In this document: positions 30,175-41,765 of the stretch, one piece after another
Layout: each line of letters opens with the position of its first letter
Numbering within the stretch: the first letter of the stretch is position 1
Virus record (IMG/VR): IMGVR_UViG_3300046170_000274
Location: 2,897-66,896 of that record
Source of the DNA: a virus
Length of the DNA stretch: 64,000 bases
Direction: 5' to 3' (one strand)
Translations under genes and position numbers: made by a program
The notes under the pieces: model-generated
Told to the model about the DNA's origin: nothing
What the model saw: only the letters and a program-made list of their open reading frames with translations
Database searches by the model: none

Positions 30175-31402
30175 ATGGCAATTTCAAGAATGCAAGAACC
30201 CAGACAGAATTACGGACTAGGAAGCTTTGTAAAGAAAGTTACAAAAAAAATAACTAAACCTTTTACAAAAGTTGCTAGTAAAATTGTACCAAAAGAAATA
30301 GCAGGTATTATGAGAGTTGCTGCACCTTTTTTACCACCAGGATACAGAGAAGCTGCATACTTGTTAGGTACAGCAAAACAAACAGGTAGAATTAGTCCAA
30401 TGGATTTAGCCTTAGCTGCAGCACCTACGTTTTTTAATAAAACGCAAATGGGTCAAGGTATCAAAACTAAAGTAGGTAATTTTACATTACCGGGTATGGA
30501 TAAAAATTTAGGTGAAATGGCTGTAGGTACTATAAAAAATGTTGGAGGTAGTAAAGATGCTACAAAAGGTTTTTTTGGTACAGGGGGCGAGTTTAATTTA
30601 TTAAAAGGTTCTATGTTAACAAAACCTGATGGTAGTTTAAGTTTTTCAAAAGCAGCAGGAATAGGGACTGGTTTATTATCTTTAATACAATCTGCTAGCA
30701 CACCAGAAGAAGCAGGAAATGCTTTAGCATCTTCAACAGGAAATTCTGATGATTATCAAAGAGGTTATGATATGTTTAATACGTTAAATACAGATGCTTT
30801 TAAAATAGATGATCAGTATGTACAACACAGCAGCTAACGGTGGTTTAATGAGAACTAACTATGCAATGGGTAGTGATGATGAACCAAAACCATTACCTAA
30901 TGACCCTACAGAACCGGTCAATCCTTTTAGACCAAAACCAATAGGTCCTTTTCCATCTAAAATGGCTGACATGAAAAGTTACAGTGATTACTATAAAAAT
31001 TTAGATCTAGAAAAAGCTAAAGAAATGTTTATAGAATTTAATGGAAGAGAACCTATAGACATGCAAGAACTATTACAGTTTTTTAAAGTAAAACAACAAG
31101 CTGCAGATGGTGGTTTAATGAGAAGTAATTATGCTCTTGGATCAATGCCCACGAAACAAGAAAGTGGTCTAGGAGGGCTTCCAATTGAGGCAGATATGAG
31201 GTATACTGGTGGCTTCATGCCATATGGTGCAGTTGAAAAAGCCGATGACGTGCCTGCTAGATTAAGCAAAAATGAATTCGTATTTACCGCAGATGCTGTA
31301 AGAGCAGCAGGTGGTGGTAGTGTACAACAAGGTGCTAAAAAAATGTATGACGCTATGAAAAAATTAGAACAACAACCTGAAGCAAAAGGAGCAATGGCAT
31401 AA
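30175..31402 (+). CDS. Internal virion / ejection protein (indel near 30825)
   Basis: Two ORFs join; AA(N/D)GGLMR.NYA.G occurs twice; C-terminal KADDVPARLSKNEFVFTADAVR. Confidence 0.65.
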
Positions 31403-32275
31403 TGGCTGAAGAAATAATTAATAAAACGATAACCACAGCACCCGATTATTTACAACCGGGTATAGAAAAATATTTAGAAGGTGCAACATTACAAGCTGGT
31501 CAAAGAATGGATACCTCCAAGTTTGCACCAGGTGTTGCAGGCATAGGTTCACTACAACAACAAGCACAACAATTAGCAGCAACTCAAGCAGGACTTGGTA
31601 CTTTACAATTTGATCCAAACACAGGAACAGTTTCTGGTGTTCAAGGTCAAGGTGTTGCAGGGTATCAACCTTTTTTACAAGGAGCAGCTGCAATGAGTGG
31701 TCCACAAGCTTATCAACAATTTGAATCTCCTTATCAACAAGCAGTAAGAGATGCTACACTACAACAATTTGATCAACAAGCAGCAGCTAGACAACAACAA
31801 ATAAGTGATCAAGCTGTAGCTGCAGGTGCATTTGGTGGTGGACGTGAAGGAGTACAACAAGCACAATATCAAAACAAATCTGATATGGATAGAGCTTTAC
31901 TTGCAGCACAATTAAATCAAGCTGGATTTAGTCAAGCTAATCAATTAGCTGCACAAGGATTTGGTCAACAATCACAATTAGCACAACTACAACCTCAACT
32001 AGCTCAACAAGGTATTGGTTTAGCTCAAGGTTTAGGACAACAAGATTTTGGATACAGACAAGCAGTAATGGATACAGGGTCAACAAGCAAACAGAATGGC
32101 AGCGTATGAACCTATCGAAAGACTTGCGAGATTTGGTCAAGGTCTAACTGGTGTCGGAGGCGGATTAGGTTCTGTTCAAACAACTTATGGAACACCTCCT
32201 CCTCAACAAAGTCCAATGGCAGGAGCGCTACAAGCAGGAATAGGAGCATTTACATTAGGTAAATTGTTTAGTTAA
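31402..32275 (+). CDS. Gln/Gly-rich ejection (DNA pilot-like) protein (indel near 32080)
   Basis: SPYQQAV...AGAFGGGR; Q-rich; follows the nozzle gene. Confidence 0.65.
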
Positions 32276-33324
32276 TGAATTATAAAGTAATGCAAAGACC
32301 GATGTTTAAACTAGGAGGCAAGGCTGCTTCTCAAGGTACAGGTATTACATCTGGTTTAGATGAGAAAGTAAATTACTCTATTGGTGGTGGAGTTATTCAA
32401 GGACAAAACATGGGTGCAAGAGAAGGTTTTAAAGATCCTGAATATACTTACGACTCTCTTTTAAAGAGAGCTATAGGTAAGATAGAAAAAAGAGATGCAG
32501 CTATGGATGGTATGGATAATTTAATTAACATGCAAGCTTTACAACAAGCATCAAATGTTTTGGCAGGAGAAACATCGAACAATCCATTAGACATACTAGT
32601 TAATTTTGCAAAACAAGGTACATCAATTGCACTACCTGCATTGTCAGCTAAAAAAAAATTAGAACTTAAAAGACTAGATCCCTCAACTGATTTAGCTTTA
32701 GCTAAAGCGTTTAAACCAACTTCAGGAGGTTTTTCTACAAAATTAAAATCACAAGCTGCATTAAAAGGAATACAAGCAGACATTAATAAATTAAGAGGTA
32801 TGATAACAGAAGAGACAACTGATAAAGAAAGAGAATTTATTGAAAGTCAAATAAATGAATTAAGAGAACAAAAAAGAATTTTCTTAAGTGGAAATCCTTA
32901 TTTAGAAGCTATAAAATTATATTATCAATTTGATATTAGAGGTCAATCAGGAGCTGATCCAAGACCAGAAGATATAGAAAAATATTTAAAATACACAGGT
33001 GGTGGTAACGCAATGGGTGGAACTCCTAATAGAGTAGATAGACAAATGGGATCACCTATGATGGGTGAACAACCTATGGCACAACCACAACAAATGGCAG
33101 CACAACAAGACGTTGCTATGGAAACACAGCAAGATTCAGGTAACAAAGTATATGCAATGTTAAGATCTAGATTACCACAAGAAATTTCAGATGAAGTTGT
33201 TCAACTTATATCTTATAATAAAGAAGCATTTGCAGATTTTGCAAGCATCAAAAATCAAGAAGACGTATCATCATTTAATGACAAATACGGAGTTCAGTTA
33301 GTCATAGATGTGGCTACCGTTTAA
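32275..33324 (+). CDS. Internal virion / ejection protein
   Basis: RPMFKLGG start; C-terminal LRSRLP.EI.D.VV...DFA.I....DV..FN.KY.V.L. Confidence 0.6.
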   Translation: MNYKVMQRPMFKLGGKAASQGTGITSGLDEKVNYSIGGGVIQGQNMGAREGFKDPEYTYDSLLKRAIGKIEKRDAAMDGMDNLINMQALQQASNVLAGETSNNPLDILVNFAKQGTSIALPALSAKKKLELKRLDPSTDLALAKAFKPTSGGFSTKLKSQAALKGIQADINKLRGMITEETTDKEREFIESQINELREQKRIFLSGNPYLEAIKLYYQFDIRGQSGADPRPEDIEKYLKYTGGGNAMGGTPNRVDRQMGSPMMGEQPMAQPQQMAAQQDVAMETQQDSGNKVYAMLRSRLPQEISDEVVQLISYNKEAFADFASIKNQEDVSSFNDKYGVQLVIDVATV

Positions 33325-33332
33325 GGAGGCCC

Positions 33333-36300
33333 ATGGCAAGAGACGAAACAACAATACAACCATTTTTAAAAAACGCTTTAGAAAAAGCACCTGAAGATAG
33401 AAGTTTTTTTGAAAAACTTGGAGTAAGTATTTATGGTCCTGGTATTGAAGCAAGAGAAGATGCAAATAAACCAGCCGCTATATTAGATGATAATTACAAA
33501 GATTTTGTAGAAGAGCTACCTGCAGAAGTTCAAATAGATGTAGATAGATATTTAAACATATTTAGAAATGATCCAACACCTGTAATAGAATTTTTAGATG
33601 AGTACAAAAAAGAAGGGTATTCAGAATATTTTAAAGACAGTAAAAATTTTTCAGACATAGCTGATAAGAAAGACATGGGTAGGTACGCAGACTTTAACAT
33701 GATGGGTGCTGGAGCTTATGATGCATTGTATAGAAAAGATGATGCAGGAGACAAAGCTAGAAAAAAAGTTATGGAGTCTAAATTAGTTCAAGCATCTCTT
33801 GGACCTGGACATGGTATATATACAGCAGCTAGAGGTACAGCAGAACTAGTAGCTTCACTATCAGATTTATATTTAGATACAGAAACATTAGACAATGTGC
33901 AAAGAGCATTACCTGAGATAGATCTTGATGAAGTTTATGGTAATGAAGCTGGAGGTGTAGCAAAATTTACATCTATTCTTACACAGTATGGTACAGGTTT
34001 TGCACTTGCACAAAAAATTGCAAAGAAAGTAATTGGTAAAGCAGTCAGTACTAAACTTGCACAAAAGACAGCAAAAAATTTAGCTAAAACAAAAGCAGGG
34101 AGAAGCAGGAGTTAACCTTGCAAAGTTTGGTGGCTATTGGGTATTACCAGGATTTGCAGCAGATACAGCAGTGTCAGCTACAGGACAAAGAAGTGTTGGG
34201 GATGTATTTGGTGATGAAGAAGGAAATTTTTTAGAAAAAGCTTTAGCAAATTCTAAACTTGAAAGTTTAGAAGGTATCAAAGATCCAAAAGAATATGCAG
34301 CTGCAGTATTAAGAAACAAATTAAAATTTGGTGCAGAAGGTACAGCGTTTTTAGGAGCATTAACTTTAGTAGGACCTACATTTAAAGGTGCATCTAAAGT
34401 AGTTGGACTTGCATCAACAGAAGTAGTTGGACCTGTGTTAACAGGTACATCTAAATTACTTGCTAGTGAAAAATCTGGATTACCACAAACACTTAGATTT
34501 TTATCAGAAAACATAGACAAAGGACTTACAAAAGCAGGTATACCTAGATCAGATCTTTGGAAGTTTTCAGAGTATGGTTTAAATATAAAAACATCTATAC
34601 TAAGAGGTATAGATCAGTTTAGTCAAAACTTTAAATCAGGTGGTCCTTTTAATGTTCAAACTAGAAATGAACTTAAAAAATTAGATGGTTTAAATAAATC
34701 AGCTAAAAAATCTACTGATATATTTATGAAAGATTTAGATAGACAAATGTATAAGTTAGCTGAAGCTGGTTTTGGTGATATACTTTTTAATTCTACTACA
34801 GCTACAAACGCATTAAGACAATGGGGTAAAGTTTTAGAATATATGAAAGGTAATATAAAATTAAACAGATTACCAGATCTCTTACAGTCATCTTCATTTG
34901 CAATTAGAAAATTAATTGATGACTACTCAACAGAGTTATCTCCAATACTAAAAGGTATGAATGTTAAAGATGATCTTGTTAAAAACATGGGTAGATATTT
35001 ACATACATCTTATGAAATATTTAAAAACAAGTAAATACAGAGCAGATAAAGAAACCTATCAAGGAGCTATAAATTATTTTGTTAAACTACTTAAATCTTT
35101 TGATAGTAAAATTTTACCATCGGATGCAAAACTACAAGGCAACAGCTTTAGTAAATAGGTTACTAGCAATTGGTAGAGCTGAAGGGATCAACTCCTGCAG
35201 CTAGATTAAAAGCAATAGCTAATGCTTCAATGGAATTAAACATACCTAAAACTACTTTTAATAAATTTTTTAGTGACGAAAAAATATTACCAGATGCTGT
35301 TGCAAAATTAATGGGAAGAGTAGATGATCCTAAACAAATTATAATGGATACTATTGTTGAAATGGCTCACACAGTAAGTAGTGCTAAAGCATACAAAGAA
35401 ATAGCTGAGTTTGGTATGGATAAATTTATATTTAGAAACAGGAAGAGAGTATTTAGATTTTGCAAGAAAAAATGGGTATTCAATCTCCAAGAGATTTAGT
35501 TCCAATAAAAGTTGCTAAACCATATAATTTAGATTTACAGAAAAATATTTACAGTGGGTAAAGAAGAAATGTTAACTTTACCAGAAATAGCAAAAGCCAT
35601 GAAAGATAATACACTGATCATGGACCAGTTATTAAAAGTACCTTTTATGAAATCTGCACTTGCAATTAAAGCAGGAGTACAGATGAACAAAACAGTATTA
35701 TCAGTAATGACACAAATGCGTAACATTACAACTGCTGCTATGTTTGCAACAGCTAATGGACACATAGGTAAAGGTGCAAGTGTTGCAGATAATTTTAGAA
35801 TATTGTTTGATGACTTTACTGGTAAAAACAAAGATCCCTCAAAAATTAAAAGAAGTATTACAAGAGGCATTAGAAAATGGTGCACTAGACTCATCTACAA
35901 TTGCACAAGAATTAGAACAATTAATACCAGAACTTATGGGTCCTTCTAAAGTAGCTGGAACTACAATTAGCTCAAGGTAAAACATCTGATCAAATTATAG
36001 AACAGTTGTTTACAAAAAAAGGTGCATTAGGAAAAGTTGTTAACAAAGCAATTGAGTCATATCAATTAGGAGATAACTTATGGAAATTGTTTGGTTACAA
36101 CTATGTTAAATCACAATTAAAACCTGCATTAAAAAATTTAGATGAAGTTAAAGATTATTTTAGAGATGTATATAAATATGAATTTAAACCTGTAAGAGCA
36201 GATGGTACAAAGAAAACTTTAGATGATGCATTAAAAGAAATAGCAGGTATTGAAATAAGAGATACTTATCCAAACTATTCTATGATTCCAACTATAGTTC

Positions 36301-37814
36301 AAAACGTTAGAAAGTTTCCTTTACTTGGTAATTTCGTAGCGTTTATGTCAGAAATGTATAGAAACTCTTTTCAAATTGTAAGAGGTGCATTAAGAAAAAT
36401 GCAATCACAAAACCCTTACATTAGACAAATTGGTGCAAGACAATTAATTGGTTTTACAACAACTGTTGGTATTGCAACACCAGTTGCTATGGAATCTGCA
36501 CATAAAATGACAGGAATAACAAAAGAAATGTATCAAGCATATAAAGATAGATTTGCACCTGAATATGAAAAAGCATCAGAGGTAATGCCAGTTACAGAAC
36601 AACAAGAAGATAGATCATGGAAAGCAAGTAATCTGTCTTATTTATTACCATACGATGCGGTAACAGCACCTTTTAAAGCTGCTATGCAAACATTAGCAGA
36701 AGGTAGAGATACAGACGAAGGTGTAGTTAAATTATATACAAGTGCACTTAATTCTTTTTTTCAAAAAGCAGTTGAGCCTTTTATACAGCCATCTATTGCT
36801 TTTGAAACATCACAAGAATTAATACCAAACAACGATGGTCAATTTAGAACTAAAGCAGGTGGATTAATTGCAGATATAAAAAATGATCCTGATTGGATTA
36901 ACAAAGTTATGTACCATATTTATAAAAAAGTAACTCCAACAACTATTAGAAGTGCGGAAGAAATAGGTCAAGCGATTGGAAAAGATTTATCTAAGTCAGG
37001 TGTACAAAGAGATTTATGGGATACTGTAGTTAAAATTATGACAGGTTTTAGTGTAACCAAACAAGATCCTTATCAATCAATGAGATTTAAAGTAGGTGGA
37101 TATGCAGGTGATATGCAAAATGCTAGACAAGCATTTACTAACGATATTATTAGCGCTAAAAATTTACAAAGTGATATGAGATTATTATCAAGAGGTTTAC
37201 CAGGAGAAACTTTTACAAGAGAATATGAAAAACTACAATCTAATAACTATAGAATATTATCAGAAGCATACAAAGACATACAAGCTTTACGTACTTTAAA
37301 TTTTACTGACAAAGAAATAAGAGATCTTATATCAGGTAGAAGAGCTTTTTCTAAACGAGATGTTAACATGTTGATGTTAGGAACATTTGTACCAGAAAAT
37401 GTTCCAAACTTTAAAAAAGATTCTGCAGTTGCTAACGCTGTTAAAAATATAAACAGAGAGTTAGATACAAATTATACTATAAATGATTTTATAAATAGAC
37501 CAGAACTATTTCAGATAAGAAATAAATATATGAATATACCACTTGGTTTAAATGAAACAGACAGAGAAGAGTTTTTAAGATCTACAATTGATAGAAAAAT
37601 AGAAACTATGGAACCTAAAATAGAAGAAAATATAAAGAGAATAGATGATCAACAAAGTTTTAAACCACCAGCACCTGCGTCAAATTTTTTACCAGACCCT
37701 CAAATAGCCAACATGTTTGCACAAAATGTTGACCCAACAACAAACTTGACAAGGACGGAGACTGCATTACTATCACCAGAAGAACAACTTATAAGACAAA
37801 GGTTAAGAACATAA
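33333..37814 (+). CDS. Large internal virion / ejection protein (~1490 aa, several indels)
   Basis: Consecutive overlapping ORF fragments in one sense; last structural gene, matching the position of large podovirus ejection proteins. Confidence 0.65.
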
Positions 37815-37893
37815 TGATAAACAAAATTAAAAGTTTGGGCGGTGTGATAGGTATATCCTATCGGGTTTCTTTTGTAGCGGGGGTTACAAAATA

Positions 37894-38073
37894 ATGGCTA
37901 AAAGATCTGCATTACAGAAAATAGACGACCATGAAAAACTGTGTCGTATTATGCAGAAACAAACTTTTGAGCAAATCAAAGAAGTTAAAGAACGTTTAGC
38001 ACGTATGGAGAAGATGATAATAGGAGGAGCATTTGGAATATGTATTGCACTCTTATTAAACATGCTTAAATAA
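37894..38073 (+). CDS. Small coiled-coil protein with C-terminal TM helix (holin-like)
   Basis: Manual translation ...HEKLC...RMEKMIIGGAFGICIALLLNMLK; directly before the endolysin. Confidence 0.55.
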   Translation: MAKRSALQKIDDHEKLCRIMQKQTFEQIKEVKERLARMEKMIIGGAFGICIALLLNMLK

Positions 38074-38075
38074 AA

Positions 38076-38552
38076 ATGGAACTATCTCGTAATTTTACAC
38101 TTCAAGAATTAATTAAATCAGATACAGCTATCCGTTTGGATATCAATAACAATCCTAACTCAGGTCAGATAGAAAAACTAAAAGCACTTTGTGAAAATAT
38201 TTTACAGCCGGTACGTGATCACTTCGGTAGAGTAAAGGTGACGTCAGGGTTCCGTAGCGAGCAGCTGTGCCTAAAAATAGGTAGCTCGATCAACAGCCAA
38301 CATGCAAAAGCTGAGGCGGCAGATTTCGAATGTATGGGAACTGACAATGCTGAATTAGCTGATTGGATTTATGCAAACCTAGAATTTGATCAATTGATAC
38401 TCGAGTTCTACACGCCAGGCGAACCTAACTCGGGATGGATACACTGTAGTTACACTACAGACAAACCTAGAAAACAATTTTTGTGGGCTTACAAATCAGA
38501 AGGTAAGACTAAATACAAACCTGTAATTGGAAAAGCTAGAGATTTAGTTTAA
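38076..38552 (+). CDS. Peptidase M15A family endolysin
   Basis: LSRNFTLQE...SGFRS...SQHAKAEAAD...WIHCS. Confidence 0.85.
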   Translation: MELSRNFTLQELIKSDTAIRLDINNNPNSGQIEKLKALCENILQPVRDHFGRVKVTSGFRSEQLCLKIGSSINSQHAKAEAADFECMGTDNAELADWIYANLEFDQLILEFYTPGEPNSGWIHCSYTTDKPRKQFLWAYKSEGKTKYKPVIGKARDLV

Positions 38553-39982
38553 ATCCAATCTTTTAATTCTTCACCCATAACTTCAGATGCAATATTTATT
38601 TTATCTCTTAAAGCCTTCACAATCTTCTCGTCAACGGTATCCTCGGAAATTAAATCGATGTAAGTTACTGTTTTCTTTTGTCCTATTCTGTGTGCTCGGT
38701 CTTCTGACTGTAGTCTCTTTTCTAGATCATAACTATTAGAATAATATATAACAGTATTAGCTTGTGTAAGTGTAATACCATAACCACCTGTTTGAGGTGT
38801 ACCAATAATAAATCTACACTCTGGATCGTTTTGAAACTTACGAATATTATCTTGTCTATCTTCTTGTGGTGTCAAACCATAATAATGAACAAAAGAATTA
38901 GCACCATACTTTTTAGTTAACGCTTTCATTATATCACTTACACTTGTTTGATAGTTAGCCCATATAATAACTTTACCATCTGTATCTTCTAAAATAGACA
39001 TTAATTCATTAAGTCTATTACTTTCAACTTGTTGTGTGGTCCCATCATCAGCGGTTACATAACCACAAGTTATTTGATGTAGTCTCATTAACTGTGTTAG
39101 TACAGTCATAGTAGTTGTAACTTTACCAGTTTAAATGTGCAATAGCTTGTTCTTTCATTTGTTCATATATCTTTTTTTGATCTGGTGTCAAAGATATGTG
39201 ACGTTTAATAAATACTTTTGGTGGTAAGTCTAGACAGTCTTCTTTTAGTACTCTGTAAGAAAATTCTTTTACTGTATCTGATAACTCACCCAAATGTCTA
39301 AACTCTTTTACTACTTGAATAGATCTACCTCTTACATGCATTGTTTTCATTTCTGCATAACGATTACGAAAACTGTAGTATGAAGCAAAGTCCAATAACC
39401 ACGGATCAAGGAACTCACACTGAGTATATAAATCAAGTGGGTTTTTTGTAATAGGAGAACCAGGTCATAATTCTTTTGTACTTAGCATTCTAAACCAATT
39501 TTAATAATATTTTTAGTTCTTTTAGCAGTAGGTGTTTTGATTGTAGTAGACTCATCAATAGCCATTAAAGCTTTGTGTGAGTTAATAAATTTATTTGCAA
39601 ACTTAACACCTTTTTCTGTCGACAACGCTTCAACATTCATAATTAAAATATGCAATGCAGTTTCTATTTCAAACAAAGATTCTAATTTTTCTTGTTGTGT
39701 TTTTGTAATATTAGGTTGCCACAATATAGACACATTTTCTATATGGTCAGGTAAGTGTGTAGGTAGTTCTTGTTCGTACCAAGTTTTAACAACACCTTTT
39801 GGTGCAACAATTAACACACCATCAATCTTGCCTTTGTCATATAACATAGCAACATTATCTATTAACACTTTTGTTTTGCCTGTACCCATTTCCATAAAGT
39901 ATGCAAAGTTTTCTTTGTTCCAAGATTTTTCCAACGCAGTTAATTGATGTGCGTATGGTTTAGTTTTAAATTTATAATTCAT
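38549..39982 (-). CDS. SNF2-family helicase (two indels)
   Basis: EMGTGKT, IDES, GSP.TKNP, GYGITLT, QSEDRAHRIGQ. Confidence 0.9.
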
Positions 39983-40003
39983 AATTTATTTTCTTCTTTC
40001 TAG

Positions 40004-40040
40004 TTGACAAATATATAAACATGTTTATATTGCTTGTCAA
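40004..40040. promoter_or_regulatory. Near-palindromic divergent sigma70-like promoter pair
   Basis: ttgacaaatatataaacatgtttatattgcttgtcaa: TTGACA on both strands, between the helicase (-) and the replication operon (+). Confidence 0.65.
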
Positions 40041-40411
40041 TGTCAGAAAGCAATAAAAAAACTACAGTGTATGTAGTACAAGAAATAGCAGGAACAAGAT
40101 TTAATAGTCCTAAAATAAATATTACGGGTGCATTAGAATATGGTGACTTTAAATTTTTGTTACCAGAATTATCACAGCTTATGTGGTCTCCTGGTCCTTT
40201 AATATTTCAATTAAGAAAACTTTTAAAAGACTACACACCAGATGATTATTTATTATTAGTTGGTGATCCTGCGATCATTGGAGTTGCATGCTCTATTGTT
40301 TCTGATATTACAAATGGTAAATACAAATTAATTAAATGGGATAGACAAGAAAGAAAATACTATCCTATAGAAATAAATTTATACGAGAAAGGAAAGATAG
40401 ATGACAATTAA
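40034..40411 (+). CDS. Conserved hypothetical replication-module protein
   Basis: VYVVQE...DYLLLVGDP...IKWDRQ..KY. Confidence 0.65.
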   Translation: MSMSESNKKTTVYVVQEIAGTRFNSPKINITGALEYGDFKFLLPELSQLMWSPGPLIFQLRKLLKDYTPDDYLLLVGDPAIIGVACSIVSDITNGKYKLIKWDRQERKYYPIEINLYEKGKIDDN

Positions 40412-40952
40412 TTTTGAACAAGACCAACAAGATGCAATGAAGAAAACTGAAAATATTCGGTCTCTTGCAGATCAAGTAGAAATGTTAGAAGGTTTGCACA
40501 AAAGAATAGAAGCAAGTGAAACTAACATTAAAGATTTAAAAAAAGAATACCAACGTATATCAGGTGAGGTTATACCAACCATGATGAGCGAGATGGGTTT
40601 AGCAGAATTAAAACTTCAAGATGGATCACATCTTAAAGTTTCAACGTCGTATCGTGCTACTATTACAGAAGCAAATAAAGAAGCGGCGTTTAACTGGCTT
40701 CGGGACAATGGACTAGGTGATATTATTAAGAACGAGATCTTGGTATCATTTGGTCGTAACGAGGATAACAAGGCAGCATCATATGCTGAACTTGCAAAGG
40801 GTCAAGGGTTTCAACCGACACAAAAGATGAAGGTTGAGCCTATGACTCTGAAAGCGCTAGTCCGTGAGCGTATTGAGGCAGGTAAAGAAATGCCAACGGA
40901 AATCTTTGGGGTATTCTCAGAGAATAAGACAACAATAAAAAGGAACAAATAA
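40401..40952 (+). CDS. Conserved hypothetical replication-module protein
   Basis: AFNWLRDNGLGDIIKN...VEPMTLKALVRE. Confidence 0.65.
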   Translation: MTINFEQDQQDAMKKTENIRSLADQVEMLEGLHKRIEASETNIKDLKKEYQRISGEVIPTMMSEMGLAELKLQDGSHLKVSTSYRATITEANKEAAFNWLRDNGLGDIIKNEILVSFGRNEDNKAASYAELAKGQGFQPTQKMKVEPMTLKALVRERIEAGKEMPTEIFGVFSENKTTIKRNK

Positions 40953-40954
40953 AC

Positions 40955-41707
40955 ATGAACCAAGTAGCAGAAAAAAAGAATAATGCGTTAGCAACATTTG
41001 ATATGGAAGCTGATGCAGCACAAGGCGCTCAGAATATATCGCAAGAAGATCTTGCGTTACCATTCTTAAAAATTCTGGGCCAACTATCACCAGAAGTAAA
41101 CAAGCGTGATGGTAAATATGTCGAAGGCGCAGAGCCAGGCAAAATAATAAATACTGTAACTAATGAACTGTATGACACAATACAAGTTGTGCCAGCTCAT
41201 TACAAAAGACAATACATTGAATGGCAAGACAGAGGTACCAGTACAGGTGCACCTGTAGCAATTCACGATGCAGATAGTGACATTGTAAGTCAGACGACTA
41301 GAGGTAAAGATTATAAAGATAGATTACCAAATGGTAATTATCTCGATAATACTGCTAGTCATTTTGTATTGACTCTTGGTGATAACCCACAAACAGCTTT
41401 GATTTCTATGAAGTCTACTCAACTTAAAGTTAGTAGAAAGTGGAACTCAATGATGATGGGTATCAAGATGCAAGGTAAAAACGGTTTATTTACACCGCCT
41501 ACTTATAGCCACATTTACAATCTATCTACCGTTCAGATGTCTAATGACAAAGGAACATGGTTTGGTTGGGATGTATCTAAAGTTGGTCCTGTAACAGACA
41601 AAGCTATATATGATATGGCTAAGTCATTTGCAGAATCAGTAGGTAAAGGTGAAATCCAAGCGAAGCACGGATCAGAAGAAACTACAAAAGGTTCTTCAAA
41701 CTACTAA
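40955..41707 (+). CDS. Probable single-stranded DNA-binding protein
   Basis: DLALPFLKILGQLSPE...ISMKSTQLK.SRKWN...GTWFGW; position before the primase. Confidence 0.5.
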   Translation: MNQVAEKKNNALATFDMEADAAQGAQNISQEDLALPFLKILGQLSPEVNKRDGKYVEGAEPGKIINTVTNELYDTIQVVPAHYKRQYIEWQDRGTSTGAPVAIHDADSDIVSQTTRGKDYKDRLPNGNYLDNTASHFVLTLGDNPQTALISMKSTQLKVSRKWNSMMMGIKMQGKNGLFTPPTYSHIYNLSTVQMSNDKGTWFGWDVSKVGPVTDKAIYDMAKSFAESVGKGEIQAKHGSEETTKGSSNY

Positions 41708-41721
41708 CCAGTATCCTAGGT

Positions 41722-41763
41722 AGTGGGCGTCTAAGCGAGAGTGGAAACGCCCACTTTTATTTT
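41722..41763 (+). terminator. Intrinsic terminator-like hairpin
   Basis: agtgggcgt...acgcccact followed by a T-rich tail. Confidence 0.55.
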
Positions 41764-41765
41764 GT

